Origin: Acinetobacter sp. ANC 4558
Lineage (GTDB): Bacteria > Pseudomonadota > Gammaproteobacteria > Pseudomonadales > Moraxellaceae
NCBI RefSeq assembly: GCF_002135375.1
Contig: NZ_NEGH01000007.1
Span: 2,907 to 42,906 of the forward strand
Length of the DNA: 40,000 nt
Reading direction: 5' to 3'
Shown: positions 1 through 7,984 of the stretch, piece after piece
How positions within the stretch are numbered: the first letter of the stretch is position 1
Layout of the letters: each line of letters begins with the position of its first letter
Made by a program: the position numbers and the translations under genes
Notes under the pieces: model-generated
Database searches by the model: none
What the model was told of the DNA's origin: nothing
The model's input: only the letters and a program-made list of their open reading frames with translations

Positions 1-1544
1 AAGTTAGTATTTCGGTGCACTTCTACTGAAAGCTGCTCTAGTGTAATTTTTCCTGATTTGTACTGCTGCACAAGTTTATTAAACTCACTCGCCTGTGCGG
101 TTGACATATCAGTGCTACGACTCATTTTTAATGAATGTGAAACAAGCTCTTGATTTACCTGCTCATAAGATCTAGTTAATTCATCCAAAGTCTCGCGTTC
201 TTCAACAATTTGCCCTTTGCGCTCCAACTCTCCTAGCTCTTTGTATTTCTTAATTGCATCTTCGACTGTGGTGTTATTTTCACGCAACGATACTGTTGAG
301 TGTTTTGTGTTATCTCTAAATAAAAGATAAGACGCAGCAACACCTGCAACAGTTAAACCTAAACCTACTGGCCCACCCAATACACTTGTTATACTGGCAC
401 TCGCTAATGCTGCTGTTTTTGCTGCCGCTGCTTGTTGATATGCCGCTCGCGCATTGCTAATCATTGCTGCTGTCTGTGCATTGGTGACACCCATTGATCG
501 AACCATTGCTGCAGTTGCAGCAAGATTTGATTTAGCAACATCATAATCAGCAATCGCCTTACTTCTTTGAGCAGCGATATTTGTGATTTTGGAAATAGTA
601 TCTGCTACTGTCGCTTGAGTCCCTTTAATTACAATTGGAATATAGGTGCCAGCCATAAATGCCACAGCAGTCCCACCAACAACAGTTAAAACATCCAAAT
701 TTTGAGACGCCCAAACCATTGTATCGCCAGCAACAGCTAAACCAGCAGCTAATTTATTAGTCGCACCCGTAGCAATATTTACCTCACCTACAAGCACACT
801 AAAACCATTTTTCACAGCAAACATACCATCAGCAAGTGAGTTTTCCATTGCGTCTGCTAATTCTTTGTTTGCATCCTTTGAAAGTAAAAAGCCTTTGTGA
901 AGGTCTGCTGCTGCAAGTTTGCCTTCCGCACCCAATTTACGAACTTCTTGTGTAGATTTTCCAGTTGCTTTTGCAACATCATCAAGAACATTGGGTACTG
1001 CAGCAATAATAGAAAACCATGAATTAGCTTCAACTTTATTTTTATCTAAAACCTTGCCGTAAGCACTCATTGCAGACTGCGCTTTATCGGCAGAAGTTGC
1101 ATTATGCACAAAAGAAAAAGAAAGGGAATCCGAAATATCTAGAACTTGCTTTGTGTCGTAGCCCAGCTCCTTTAGGCCACCTGAAACCCCAAGATATACT
1201 TCTTGAGCTTCACCTAATGCACGATATGTGCTATTTGCAGTTTTTAATAATCGTTGCTGAACATAATCATATTCTTCAGTAGAGTTTGCAGCATCTTTTG
1301 TTGCATTTCTAATTCGTGCTGCGTTCTGTGTATAAGCATCCGCGGTTTTAACAATTTCACCCACCGTTAAACCAGCAATGGTTGCAGCACCAAAACTAAG
1401 AATAGCTTTAGTTGCTGAATTTACACTTGATTCAATTCTTTTTGATTCACGTTGGGCGGTATCGCCAGCACTCTTCATTGGGCCAACAAAATTGCTGATC
1501 TTAGCAATCATATCAAGTGTCAATGTTCCGAGTTTTGCACTCAT
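1..1544 (-). CDS. Tail tape measure protein, N-terminal part (3' end runs off the window)
   Basis: Minus-strand ATG at 1544 with GAGG 5 nt upstream. The frame has no stop before the window edge, so it is absent from the ORF track. It begins MSAKLGTLTLDMIAKISNFVGPMKSAGDTAQRESK. The product is Ala/Gly/Thr-rich, and the gene lies downstream of the G/GT chaperone. Confidence 0.8.
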   Translation of the reverse strand, partial: MSAKLGTLTLDMIAKISNFVGPMKSAGDTAQRESKRIESSVNSATKAILSFGAATIAGLTVGEIVKTADAYTQNAARIRNATKDAANSTEEYDYVQQRLLKTANSTYRALGEAQEVYLGVSGGLKELGYDTKQVLDISDSLSFSFVHNATSADKAQSAMSAYGKVLDKNKVEANSWFSIIAAVPNVLDDVAKATGKSTQEVRKLGAEGKLAAADLHKGFLLSKDANKELADAMENSLADGMFAVKNGFSVLVGEVNIATGATNKLAAGLAVAGDTMVWASQNLDVLTVVGGTAVAFMAGTYIPIVIKGTQATVADTISKITNIAAQRSKAIADYDVAKSNLAATAAMVRSMGVTNAQTAAMISNARAAYQQAAAAKTAALASASITSVLGGPVGLGLTVAGVAASYLLFRDNTKHSTVSLRENNTTVEDAIKKYKELGELERKGQIVEERETLDELTRSYEQVNQELVSHSLKMSRSTDMSTAQASEFNKLVQQYKSGKITLEQLSVEVHRNTN

Positions 1545-1559
1545 ATAAACCTCAGGCGT

Positions 1560-1582
1560 AAAAAAACCGCCTAAAGGGCGGT
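1560..1582 (-). terminator. Intrinsic terminator after the 1600-2043 gene, immediately upstream of the tape measure RBS
   Basis: On the minus strand: ACCGCC-cttta-GGCGGT followed by TTTTTTT, then the tape measure SD and ATG. Confidence 0.7.
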
Positions 1583-1599
1583 GTTGCTGTTTTTTAACA

Positions 1600-2043
1600 T
1601 CAATATCTTAATTTTCGATCAACTTGATCCATGTATTTTAATTTTAAACAAACCGACTCTTTATCAGCAACCAGTCTATTAACCCAGTCTTTATTTAAGT
1701 CTGACTCACTTAAATCATTTAAATCTAAACGCTCACCATTGGCATTGATAGCATTATATATGTATGTTGTATAAGCAATTTGATCTAGCTTTTTTAATGA
1801 ATCGTCTGAGCATACAATTTTTTCATAATTGCTAATTGGATTTTTGCAACTTACAGGTGTTTTTATCCTTTCATCACTTGGATCCAACCAATAGAGTTTA
1901 GCATCTGCTTTATCCTTCTTTAATGCTTTATTAAGGACACCATTCTTATCTGCATCTTTTAATAAGAATACACACTCCTCATCATTAAATGCATTTGAAA
2001 ACGTACATGTGAAAACCAGACACAACCCTAATATCTTTTTCAT
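1600..2043 (-). CDS. Small secreted/periplasmic protein (moron) inserted between the G/GT chaperone and the tape measure gene
   Basis: The likely start is M5 of the track ORF (ATG 2043, with GGAGGG 4 nt upstream). It has a signal peptide MKKILGLCLVFTCTFSNA. The spaced Cys residues and the LDQIAYTTY motif faintly resemble DUF1311/LprI-type periplasmic proteins; this is unverified. Confidence 0.6.
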   Translation of the reverse strand: MKKILGLCLVFTCTFSNAFNDEECVFLLKDADKNGVLNKALKKDKADAKLYWLDPSDERIKTPVSCKNPISNYEKIVCSDDSLKKLDQIAYTTYIYNAINANGERLDLNDLSESDLNKDWVNRLVADKESVCLKLKYMDQVDRKLRY

Positions 2044-2105
2044 AAAACCCTCCAAAGAATAGCTCTAAGATAATGAGATTTATATGAAAAAGAAACCAAC
2101 CTAAG

Positions 2106-2821
2106 TTAATTTCCCTCTCCATAATGCTGCATCATATAATCCTCAAGCGACATTTCCACTTTTAGTGGCTTTTCTTCATGAGGCATAAAGTTGTATGGAT
2201 CAACATCTTTAACGCCTTTAACGGATACATAGAGTGCTGATAAGCCACCTATTGATTGCTCAATACGTCTTGCAGTAAAAAGAGAGCCCCGTTTTTCACG
2301 ATAAGCTCTCCATATTTGAAGCTCAGAATGTTTTATTCTTCGTTTGGCTTCCGCAATGGTTCTTCCCCCAATTCCGTTGATGACAAGTTCACACCAGAAT
2401 TCTTCTTCGCCAATTTCTCTACCAGATACTTTCCCACAAAATCATTCACTTCGTCCGCAACAACATACATTGCATCTACAATTTGTGGAGCAGCAACACC
2501 TGTTGAATCTAATGTTGGGAAAATAAGCTCATTTGTATCAAAATTATAAACACAAGCCTGAACACGAATTTTAATGACATCAGCCATGAGCATCTTAGAT
2601 GTATCTTTACCACGCACTAAATTTACAACTTCATCGTACGACAATGATTTAACACCAACGATGGCTCGAAACTCTTGATCGCCACGGAAAAAAGAAATTT
2701 CTTTTTTCACAAGTTCAGTTGTTATATTGGCAGACATTGCTAATAGACTATCAATATCCAATGTACTACCTACAACCCCAGCAGTATCTTTAGGCTGAGC
2801 TAATTTTTTCTTTCTAGTCAT
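2106..2821 (-). CDS. Tail assembly chaperone -1 frameshift product (gpGT-like)
   Basis: I checked the -1 frame codon by codon. It opens 3 codons before GGGAAAG and stays open to TAA at 2106-2108. The extension reads ...SELQIWRAYREKRGSLFTARRIEQSIGGLSALYV..., which is gpT-like. Confidence 0.75.
2333..2821 (-). CDS. Tail assembly chaperone (gpG-like)
   Basis: A 162-aa ORF between the tail tube and tape measure genes. It contains a canonical slippery heptamer and has an overlapping open -1 frame. Confidence 0.8.
   Translation of the reverse strand: MTRKKKLAQPKDTAGVVGSTLDIDSLLAMSANITTELVKKEISFFRGDQEFRAIVGVKSLSYDEVVNLVRGKDTSKMLMADVIKIRVQACVYNFDTNELIFPTLDSTGVAAPQIVDAMYVVADEVNDFVGKYLVEKLAKKNSGVNLSSTELGEEPLRKPNEE
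2429..2435 (-). promoter_or_regulatory. Programmed -1 ribosomal frameshift heptamer G GGA AAG
   Basis: The zero frame reads GTG GGA AAG (..FVGK..), which fits X XXY YYZ. The heptamer is identical to the lambda G/GT slippery sequence. Confidence 0.75.
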
Positions 2822-3291
2822 TATTTAGTCACCGTGCGTGGAGTGATTACAACTGCTGATGTGCGGATAAGGGTAAATGTATATCCAACCATTGCATCTG
2901 TCTCAATTGTTGGTGCTGCTGGATTGATGTAGCCTTTGAATGACCACCAAATACGATCTTCAGGTAATGCAATACCTGATACTGATTCATAAGTCGGTGG
3001 TGATTTCGAGTGGCTAGAACCAATGTACCATTCGATTTTATTCCCTGAGTCAGCAAGCTCAATAAGTTGAAGATGACTTGCATTTTCATCATCCAAGTCA
3101 ATTTGAATAGAGCCTTCACCAGGATCACGCAAACCACGTTCATAATCTTTTGTGTCAGAATCTAAACATGTTGTGTCAATTTTGGTAAAAGTATCATCAC
3201 CAAATGTGAATGCTTTAGGGCATGAAAAACGCACTACTGTGTTATCAATAACAGCAAAGACCTGTGTGCCTTGTGCTTTAACATTTGCCAT
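2821..3291 (-). CDS. Major tail (tube) protein
   Basis: A 156-aa ORF directly upstream of the chaperone gene. Its size and position are typical of siphovirus tube proteins. The ATGA-type junction at 2821 suggests translational coupling. Confidence 0.75.
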   Translation of the reverse strand: MANVKAQGTQVFAVIDNTVVRFSCPKAFTFGDDTFTKIDTTCLDSDTKDYERGLRDPGEGSIQIDLDDENASHLQLIELADSGNKIEWYIGSSHSKSPPTYESVSGIALPEDRIWWSFKGYINPAAPTIETDAMVGYTFTLIRTSAVVITPRTVTK

Positions 3292-3316
3292 GAGTAGCTA
3301 CTCCTCTTTTTAGGCA

Positions 3317-3340
3317 TAAAAAAACCTCCTTTAAGGAGGT
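3317..3340 (-). terminator. Intrinsic terminator directly upstream of the tail tube RBS
   Basis: On the minus strand: ACCTCCT-taa-AGGAGGT followed by TTTTTTT ATGCCT. The 15-mer GGTTTTTTTATGCCT is shared with the terminator at 4648-4674. Confidence 0.7.
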
Positions 3341-3360
3341 GGGTTTAAAAACAAGGTTAA

Positions 3361-3690
3361 TTAATGCTTTTGTGCTTTTAGTTCTTTCCAATGGAAAGCT
3401 TTATCAAGGCGATGATCACCCATAGCTGAATCACCTATGGATAACTCAGCTTCCAAAGTTTGCAATTCAAGTACTGATTGGAAGTAATTAAATAATGGCG
3501 CATAAGTTGTCATTACTTTATGGTTTGGAAATGCGTTAATTAGCTTTTCATGAGCATCTTTAATACCATTTTGTAAACAGACCTCAACAGCCACTATTAC
3601 TAATGACTCGCCATTTAATATGAAATCTACTTCTTCATCCTGATCAGTTGCATCTTTACAAGCCATAGTTAAATACTGATATTGGCTCAT
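3361..3690 (-). CDS. Small acidic hypothetical protein (109 aa), translationally coupled to the KilA-N gene
   Basis: ATG 3690 overlaps the upstream TGA (3687-3689) as ATGA. The track ORF start at 3759 would overlap the upstream gene by 73 nt. Confidence 0.6.
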   Translation of the reverse strand: MSQYQYLTMACKDATDQDEEVDFILNGESLVIVAVEVCLQNGIKDAHEKLINAFPNHKVMTTYAPLFNYFQSVLELQTLEAELSIGDSAMGDHRLDKAFHWKELKAQKH

Positions 3691-4523
3691 ACTGCATACT
3701 CCTGTTCGGGCATCACTAAACGTAATTGACCTTTTGCTTGTGGAAAGGCTTGATAACAACGAGTTATAAAATCTTGATAATCAGTAGAACTATTAGCAAT
3801 AACTTCTATTGAATTAATTTGTTTTGATAGCATTTGCTCACCACCATTAGTAAGCCATTGATGCATCTTTTCACCATCACGTTTATTCTCTCGAACCTCC
3901 AATAGAACTTCTTTTGGCATAATGATTCGATATACCCATTTATTGGTAATGTCACCAAATATGGCAGGACTACCACCAACATGATTATTGAATTTAGTGT
4001 TGGTTATTTTCGCTAAAGCTTTGTAATAGGAATCAGGAAATCGCTTCTCCCAAGTGGATGCGGAAGGCAACAACATTAAGCGAATCATATCCTGTACGGA
4101 TGGAGGTGCTTGATTTGCCTGAATCAGATTATCTATTTGCTCATCACACCAAATTGCGAAATCAATATTTAACCAACGAGCAAAAGCGATCGCCAATTTA
4201 GGATGCAGCCATGTGCCACCACCATTGTCTGGTGAACCAGATTTGGCTTTCACAAAGCCAGTTTTCTTAGCTAAATTTAGAACTTTGTTTCTTGATGTTG
4301 ACTTACTTCCATCTAACTTTATGATTTCATTGAACTCTGTCAGAAAGTCACTTTTGCCTTGTCGCTTGGCTAGAGCAGAAAGATATTCTGCTGTATCTCT
4401 TTGTCGCAACCACATGTATGGTTCTTTATTAAATCTTTTGGCAGCTTCTGTTGCATTAAACCAACCCGAACTATCAAATGATTGGTCTACATTTTCATAT
4501 TTGATTTTCACTATTGCATTCAT
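3687..4523 (-). CDS. KilA-N domain DNA-binding protein with a C-terminal domain of unknown function (possibly P63C-like)
   Basis: KilA-N signature GWFNATEAAKRFNK...GGGTWLHPKLAIAFARWLNIDFAIWCDEQI. The preferred start is ATG 4523 (GGAG 7 nt upstream) rather than 4544, which has no SD. Confidence 0.7.
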   Translation of the reverse strand: MNAIVKIKYENVDQSFDSSGWFNATEAAKRFNKEPYMWLRQRDTAEYLSALAKRQGKSDFLTEFNEIIKLDGSKSTSRNKVLNLAKKTGFVKAKSGSPDNGGGTWLHPKLAIAFARWLNIDFAIWCDEQIDNLIQANQAPPSVQDMIRLMLLPSASTWEKRFPDSYYKALAKITNTKFNNHVGGSPAIFGDITNKWVYRIIMPKEVLLEVRENKRDGEKMHQWLTNGGEQMLSKQINSIEVIANSSTDYQDFITRCYQAFPQAKGQLRLVMPEQEYAV

Positions 4524-4545
4524 TGCTTTACTCCAACTATTCATT

Positions 4546-4625
4546 AAAAAAAAGAAAAGCCGACAAGAAGATGCAATGAATAGTCGAAACGACCATCTTC
4601 TCTTTCGGGAGCTACCCTAGTCGGC
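4546..4625 (-). other. Compound structured RNA element ending in a U-run (second terminator or attenuator, or small RNA) in front of the KilA-N gene
   Basis: On the minus strand: outer stem GCCGAC/GTCGGC (4625-4620 / 4564-4559), inner perfect 8-bp stem AGAAGATG/CATCTTCT (4601-4594 / 4573-4566), small internal hairpins, then TTTTCTTTTTTTT. Confidence 0.45.
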
Positions 4626-4647
4626 TTGGTTGCCATTTTTCAGGCAT

Positions 4648-4674
4648 AAAAAAACCGCCCAATAAGGACGGTTT
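4648..4674 (-). terminator. Intrinsic terminator after the tail-completion gene
   Basis: On the minus strand: CCGTCC-ttatt-GGGCGG (one mismatch) followed by TTTTTTT ATGCCT. Confidence 0.6.
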
Positions 4675-4689
4675 AATTAACTTTTTAAA

Positions 4690-5064
4690 TTATCGATCTA
4701 CAAACCAATTTGTATCAAAACCAGTTCGATAAAGTTTTGTGTCTGATTCTCGACTGTTACCACGTAAACCTGTAATCGTGCATGAGTTATCTTTTTCTAA
4801 TGCGCGTCGCACAGCATTTTTAATTTGAAGCAAATCATCTGGCGTTTCAGCATACACATCAAATTGAATAGAAATATGATCGACTAATGCAGGGCAATCA
4901 AGATTGTTTTGGGGTGTGCCTGAAATGTCCTGCCACACTAAATATGGCTTTTTAGGACTATCAGATGCCAAACCAAATTCATATGCACGCAATACACCTC
5001 CTGACTCTAAGAATGATTTAACATCTTCACTCGCATCGAGCAATTCATAAATAGGTGCTGTCAT
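4690..5064 (-). CDS. Tail completion/terminator-like neck protein (DUF3168-like)
   Basis: A 124-aa ORF in the position between the HK97 gp10-like gene and the tube gene. The assignment rests on size and order. Confidence 0.5.
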   Translation of the reverse strand: MTAPIYELLDASEDVKSFLESGGVLRAYEFGLASDSPKKPYLVWQDISGTPQNNLDCPALVDHISIQFDVYAETPDDLLQIKNAVRRALEKDNSCTITGLRGNSRESDTKLYRTGFDTNWFVDR

Positions 5065-5543
5065 GATATTTTGCCTTTCGCTATTGCAAGCTCAATTGAT
5101 TTCATAAAAGTTTGTGCAAAGACATCAGTGACTTTTTCAACATTTTGTTCCAATGCTGGGCGCATAAAAGGCACTGCTTGAACTTTACTTGTACCAAATT
5201 CAATATAACGCCAGTAGACCGTTTCACCACCCGGCAAAGCTGCCAGTTTTGCACGATTAGATTTGCTATTTACGGCTGCACCACCCAATACACCAACACG
5301 CATTCGAATTGTGGCCATATTTCTTGTTTTGCCTGCGCGAGTGACAATATTTTTCTCAATATCTTCTCTCGTTGCTGGGTCATCAATATAAGCAGCACCA
5401 ATCTTTGCAGATAGTTCAACAATTTTCATTGCTTTACGTGCTGCTGACATGCCTTTTGATCTGACTTTTTTAATATCAGTGAGTTCTGCTATTTTTTTAT
5501 TAAAATCATCCAAGCCTTCAATATTTAATTGCTTTGCTGCCAT
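5061..5543 (-). CDS. HK97 gp10-like head-tail joining protein
   Basis: A 160-aa ORF with a VPFMRPAL-type motif. It overlaps its neighbours by 4 nt (5061-5064) at its 3' end and by 19 nt (5525-5543) at its 5' end. Confidence 0.65.
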   Translation of the reverse strand: MAAKQLNIEGLDDFNKKIAELTDIKKVRSKGMSAARKAMKIVELSAKIGAAYIDDPATREDIEKNIVTRAGKTRNMATIRMRVGVLGGAAVNSKSNRAKLAALPGGETVYWRYIEFGTSKVQAVPFMRPALEQNVEKVTDVFAQTFMKSIELAIAKGKIS

Positions 5544-5881
5544 AATGATTCACCTTCTGCAAGGTTTAGAGTCAGCCACTCAAGACCTGATTCATTATCA
5601 GGCATTGGCTCACCATCAATTTTCCAATATTTACCTCGAAACAAAACTCGCATAGTTGAATCAATTTGATTAGCTTTAGAACTAAAACGAATCTTACAAC
5701 GAGCAGTCATTTTGGAATTAATCGCTTGAGCTTGGAGGATATCTTTTGTGGATAAAGGCTCAAGTTTTCCCCAAACAGTCGTAAATTCTGACCACTGTTT
5801 AGTAATTCGGCCTGTCTTTTTGTCTTGAGTTTCAATGAAGGTTTCTATCCGGATGCGGTGAGGAAGTTTTCCTGCTTTCAA
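5525..5881 (-). CDS. Head-tail adaptor / head closure protein
   Basis: A 118-aa ORF. Its N-terminus GKLPHRIRIE and the later WGKLEPLS motif are typical of the phage head-tail joining family. Confidence 0.65.
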   Translation of the reverse strand: MKAGKLPHRIRIETFIETQDKKTGRITKQWSEFTTVWGKLEPLSTKDILQAQAINSKMTARCKIRFSSKANQIDSTMRVLFRGKYWKIDGEPMPDNESGLEWLTLNLAEGESLWQQSN

Positions 5882-5882
5882 T

Positions 5883-6329
5883 TTACACCCCTAAATCAAC
5901 TCTAAATGGCTGTACTACATTTTTCACAGACTGAGGTAAATCTTCAAAATCTTCGCGCGTTTCATAAAAATAGCCAAATGTGAGCAACACGCCTGCCCGA
6001 ATAAGTGGATTGATTACAAGGCCATTCACGATCATTGAAATTTGACGATCATTATCGTATTTCTTTTGCTTGGCTAATTTTTCATATAACTTAGAATTGC
6101 TTTCTGACTTATCGAGTAATTTTTGATACTCAGTTTCAAACCTTTGCTGAATTAAATCAATCTGATCAAATGCAGTATTTAATGCATTTTGATCTGGGTA
6201 AAAATAACGTCCAATAAACTGTGCAACCATTAATTCAGCTGCATCCAACTTTGATTGTATGTCGCTATCCTCGTCATCATGATCAATCTTTTGATGTAGC
6301 TTTGCATCCTCAATGGTGAGCACAGACAT
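5883..6329 (-). CDS. gp6-like head-tail connector protein
   Basis: A 148-aa ORF. The N-terminus (LTIEDAKLHQKIDHDDEDSDIQSKLDAAE) is typical of connector/DNA-packaging proteins that follow the capsid gene. Confidence 0.6.
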   Translation of the reverse strand: MSVLTIEDAKLHQKIDHDDEDSDIQSKLDAAELMVAQFIGRYFYPDQNALNTAFDQIDLIQQRFETEYQKLLDKSESNSKLYEKLAKQKKYDNDRQISMIVNGLVINPLIRAGVLLTFGYFYETREDFEDLPQSVKNVVQPFRVDLGV

Positions 6330-6332
6330 ATT

Positions 6333-6767
6333 TTATTCCTTTGGAATTAAAGCAAGAAGCTCATCCTTCTTAGCACTTTGTTTAAACCCAATTCCTTTTT
6401 CAATAAGAATTGCTTTTAATTGATCATTGTTCAGTTTTGAATAATCTTGAGCTTGATCGTCCTGATCGGATTGCTGATCACTGTCTAACTCAAGTTCAGC
6501 CAACCGTGCCTTTAATGCATCTGGGCTATTTTTAAGTGCATTATACTCAGCCTCTAATGCATCGTATTCAGACTTAGCCACATAGTGACTTAAATCAATA
6601 CCATCTTTGCATTCTGATATTTTTTCAGGTTCAAGGGAGACCGCTTGTTTTAATGCGATTAACTGTTTTGCAGCATGATCAGAAGCTTCAAATTCATCAT
6701 CAGGCTTTAGAACAACACCCATAAAATCATAGGTTTTTAATGCCTTTAATTTCATAATATTTTCCAT
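6333..6767 (-). CDS. Head-module hypothetical protein with an acidic coiled coil and a C-terminal HeH/SAP-like motif
   Basis: A 144-aa ORF between the capsid and connector genes. The C-terminus reads LNNDQLKAILIEKGIGFKQSAKKDELLALI. Confidence 0.45.
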   Translation of the reverse strand: MENIMKLKALKTYDFMGVVLKPDDEFEASDHAAKQLIALKQAVSLEPEKISECKDGIDLSHYVAKSEYDALEAEYNALKNSPDALKARLAELELDSDQQSDQDDQAQDYSKLNNDQLKAILIEKGIGFKQSAKKDELLALIPKE

Positions 6768-6799
6768 TTAATAGGGCATGTGATATGCCCCGATTTTGA

Positions 6800-7984
6800 T
6801 TAAGGGCCTTTTTTACTAAAAGTGCCTGTGACAAATGCTTCAGGACGATATACAGCCAGCGCTAAACGCTCTTCTGCACGAATAGAAACCATATTATTTT
6901 CAAAATCTTTGTCGTTTTCAGTAGAGAGAAGAACCTCGATATCCATACGATCAAAGATTTGTGCACCCATACCAAATGCACCTGTCAAGAAGTTATCGAC
7001 TACCATTGCCTGTGTTTCAACAGTCGGAAGATTCCATAATGTTGGCGCATTACCATTCACCGGATTACCAATGATATAGCGCCCTTCATTGTCTTTTGTG
7101 AGTTGAATTCCAGCCCAATCAATCGGGTTCAATACGATACCTGTAGATGGCAATTCTGCAAGGACCGCTTGCAGCAATGCATAACGAATACGATCAATTG
7201 CAGTCGCATTTGAAATTTTCACTAATGCTTCATCAAAGGTTTGTGCTTGAGGAATAATGCCATGCAGGTTTTGACCTGCACCATTACCAAGTAATAATTG
7301 ACGCTCTTCTGCAAGCTGTAGCCCATAACGAGCACGTGCATCGATATAAGATTGAAGCGCAGGAGCATCATCTAAGATTTGTCGGGATGCTTTGAATAAA
7401 TGTGCAATGGTACGAACATTCGCAGTCACATTATCAAACTTAATATCTGAATAAGGTTTAGGCTTACCTTCTTCGACTGTTGCAGCATTATTGGTAAAGC
7501 CTGTTTCAACCGTATATTCAATTGCATTTGAACTTGTTTGACCGGGTGCAATTAAGTCACGTACAGTCAAACGCTGAGTTACAGGTGCAATAATCCCCTG
7601 GTGATCAGGAGTTACCGATGGTCCTGTTGAAGTTAGAATGGCTTGTCGAGGCATAGCAATACGCATATTACCGCGGAATGTTGAGCTTGCATTGGTTTTG
7701 AAATCTTCACTTTCAACAACACGCTGTCCAGCAGATTTAAACGTAGACTGTGCTGGTGTATTCGGACGATCTAACTGTTGCTGCATATTTTGCATGCTTA
7801 ACTGCAACTCATTAAATTTACTTAAAGCATCATCAGCTTTCTGTTTAGTTTCAGCATTTGCATCACCAAATTGCTTGACCTGTTTTTCAACGTTTTCAGC
7901 ATATTGTTTAACATCATCACCAACTTTCTTTAAGTCAGTTTGAACTTGCTTGTATTCGTTTTCGAGCTTTACTGTATCAGTCAT
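6800..7984 (-). CDS. Major capsid protein, HK97 family
   Basis: A 394-aa ORF with an N-terminal coiled-coil delta-domain-like region. It lies directly downstream of the prohead protease gene. Confidence 0.9.
   Translation of the reverse strand: MTDTVKLENEYKQVQTDLKKVGDDVKQYAENVEKQVKQFGDANAETKQKADDALSKFNELQLSMQNMQQQLDRPNTPAQSTFKSAGQRVVESEDFKTNASSTFRGNMRIAMPRQAILTSTGPSVTPDHQGIIAPVTQRLTVRDLIAPGQTSSNAIEYTVETGFTNNAATVEEGKPKPYSDIKFDNVTANVRTIAHLFKASRQILDDAPALQSYIDARARYGLQLAEERQLLLGNGAGQNLHGIIPQAQTFDEALVKISNATAIDRIRYALLQAVLAELPSTGIVLNPIDWAGIQLTKDNEGRYIIGNPVNGNAPTLWNLPTVETQAMVVDNFLTGAFGMGAQIFDRMDIEVLLSTENDKDFENNMVSIRAEERLALAVYRPEAFVTGTFSKKGP

Noticed and set aside
1070-1282. 70-aa plus-strand ORF, and the similar plus-strand ORFs at 5112-5414, 6822-7079, 7638-7943, 8123-8455, 10686-10871, 11924-12139 and 12326-12553
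   Set aside because: All lie antisense within well-supported minus-strand phage genes and lack start signals, so I treat them as shadow ORFs.
2365-2369. G5 run (TTG GGG GAA), first considered as the G/GT slip site
   Set aside because: It is not an X XXY YYZ heptamer in the zero frame. The canonical GGGAAAG at 2429-2435, located exactly where the -1 frame opens, is a much better site.
2256-2549. Plus-strand ORFs 2256-2549 and 2344-2526 across the chaperone region
   Set aside because: They are antisense shadows of the gpG and gpT reading frames. They have no RBS, and the minus-strand -1 frame explains the open reading potential.
4213-4620. 135-aa plus-strand ORF
   Set aside because: It is antisense to the KilA-N gene and runs through the terminator and structured region. 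Its composition is typical of a shadow ORF.
4559-4625. Possible tRNA-like gene suggested by the 6-bp terminal stem and internal hairpins
   Set aside because: There is no T-loop (GTTCRANNC) or D-arm consensus, the arm lengths are wrong, and the stem is followed by a U-run rather than CCA. I treated it as a terminator or structured RNA instead.
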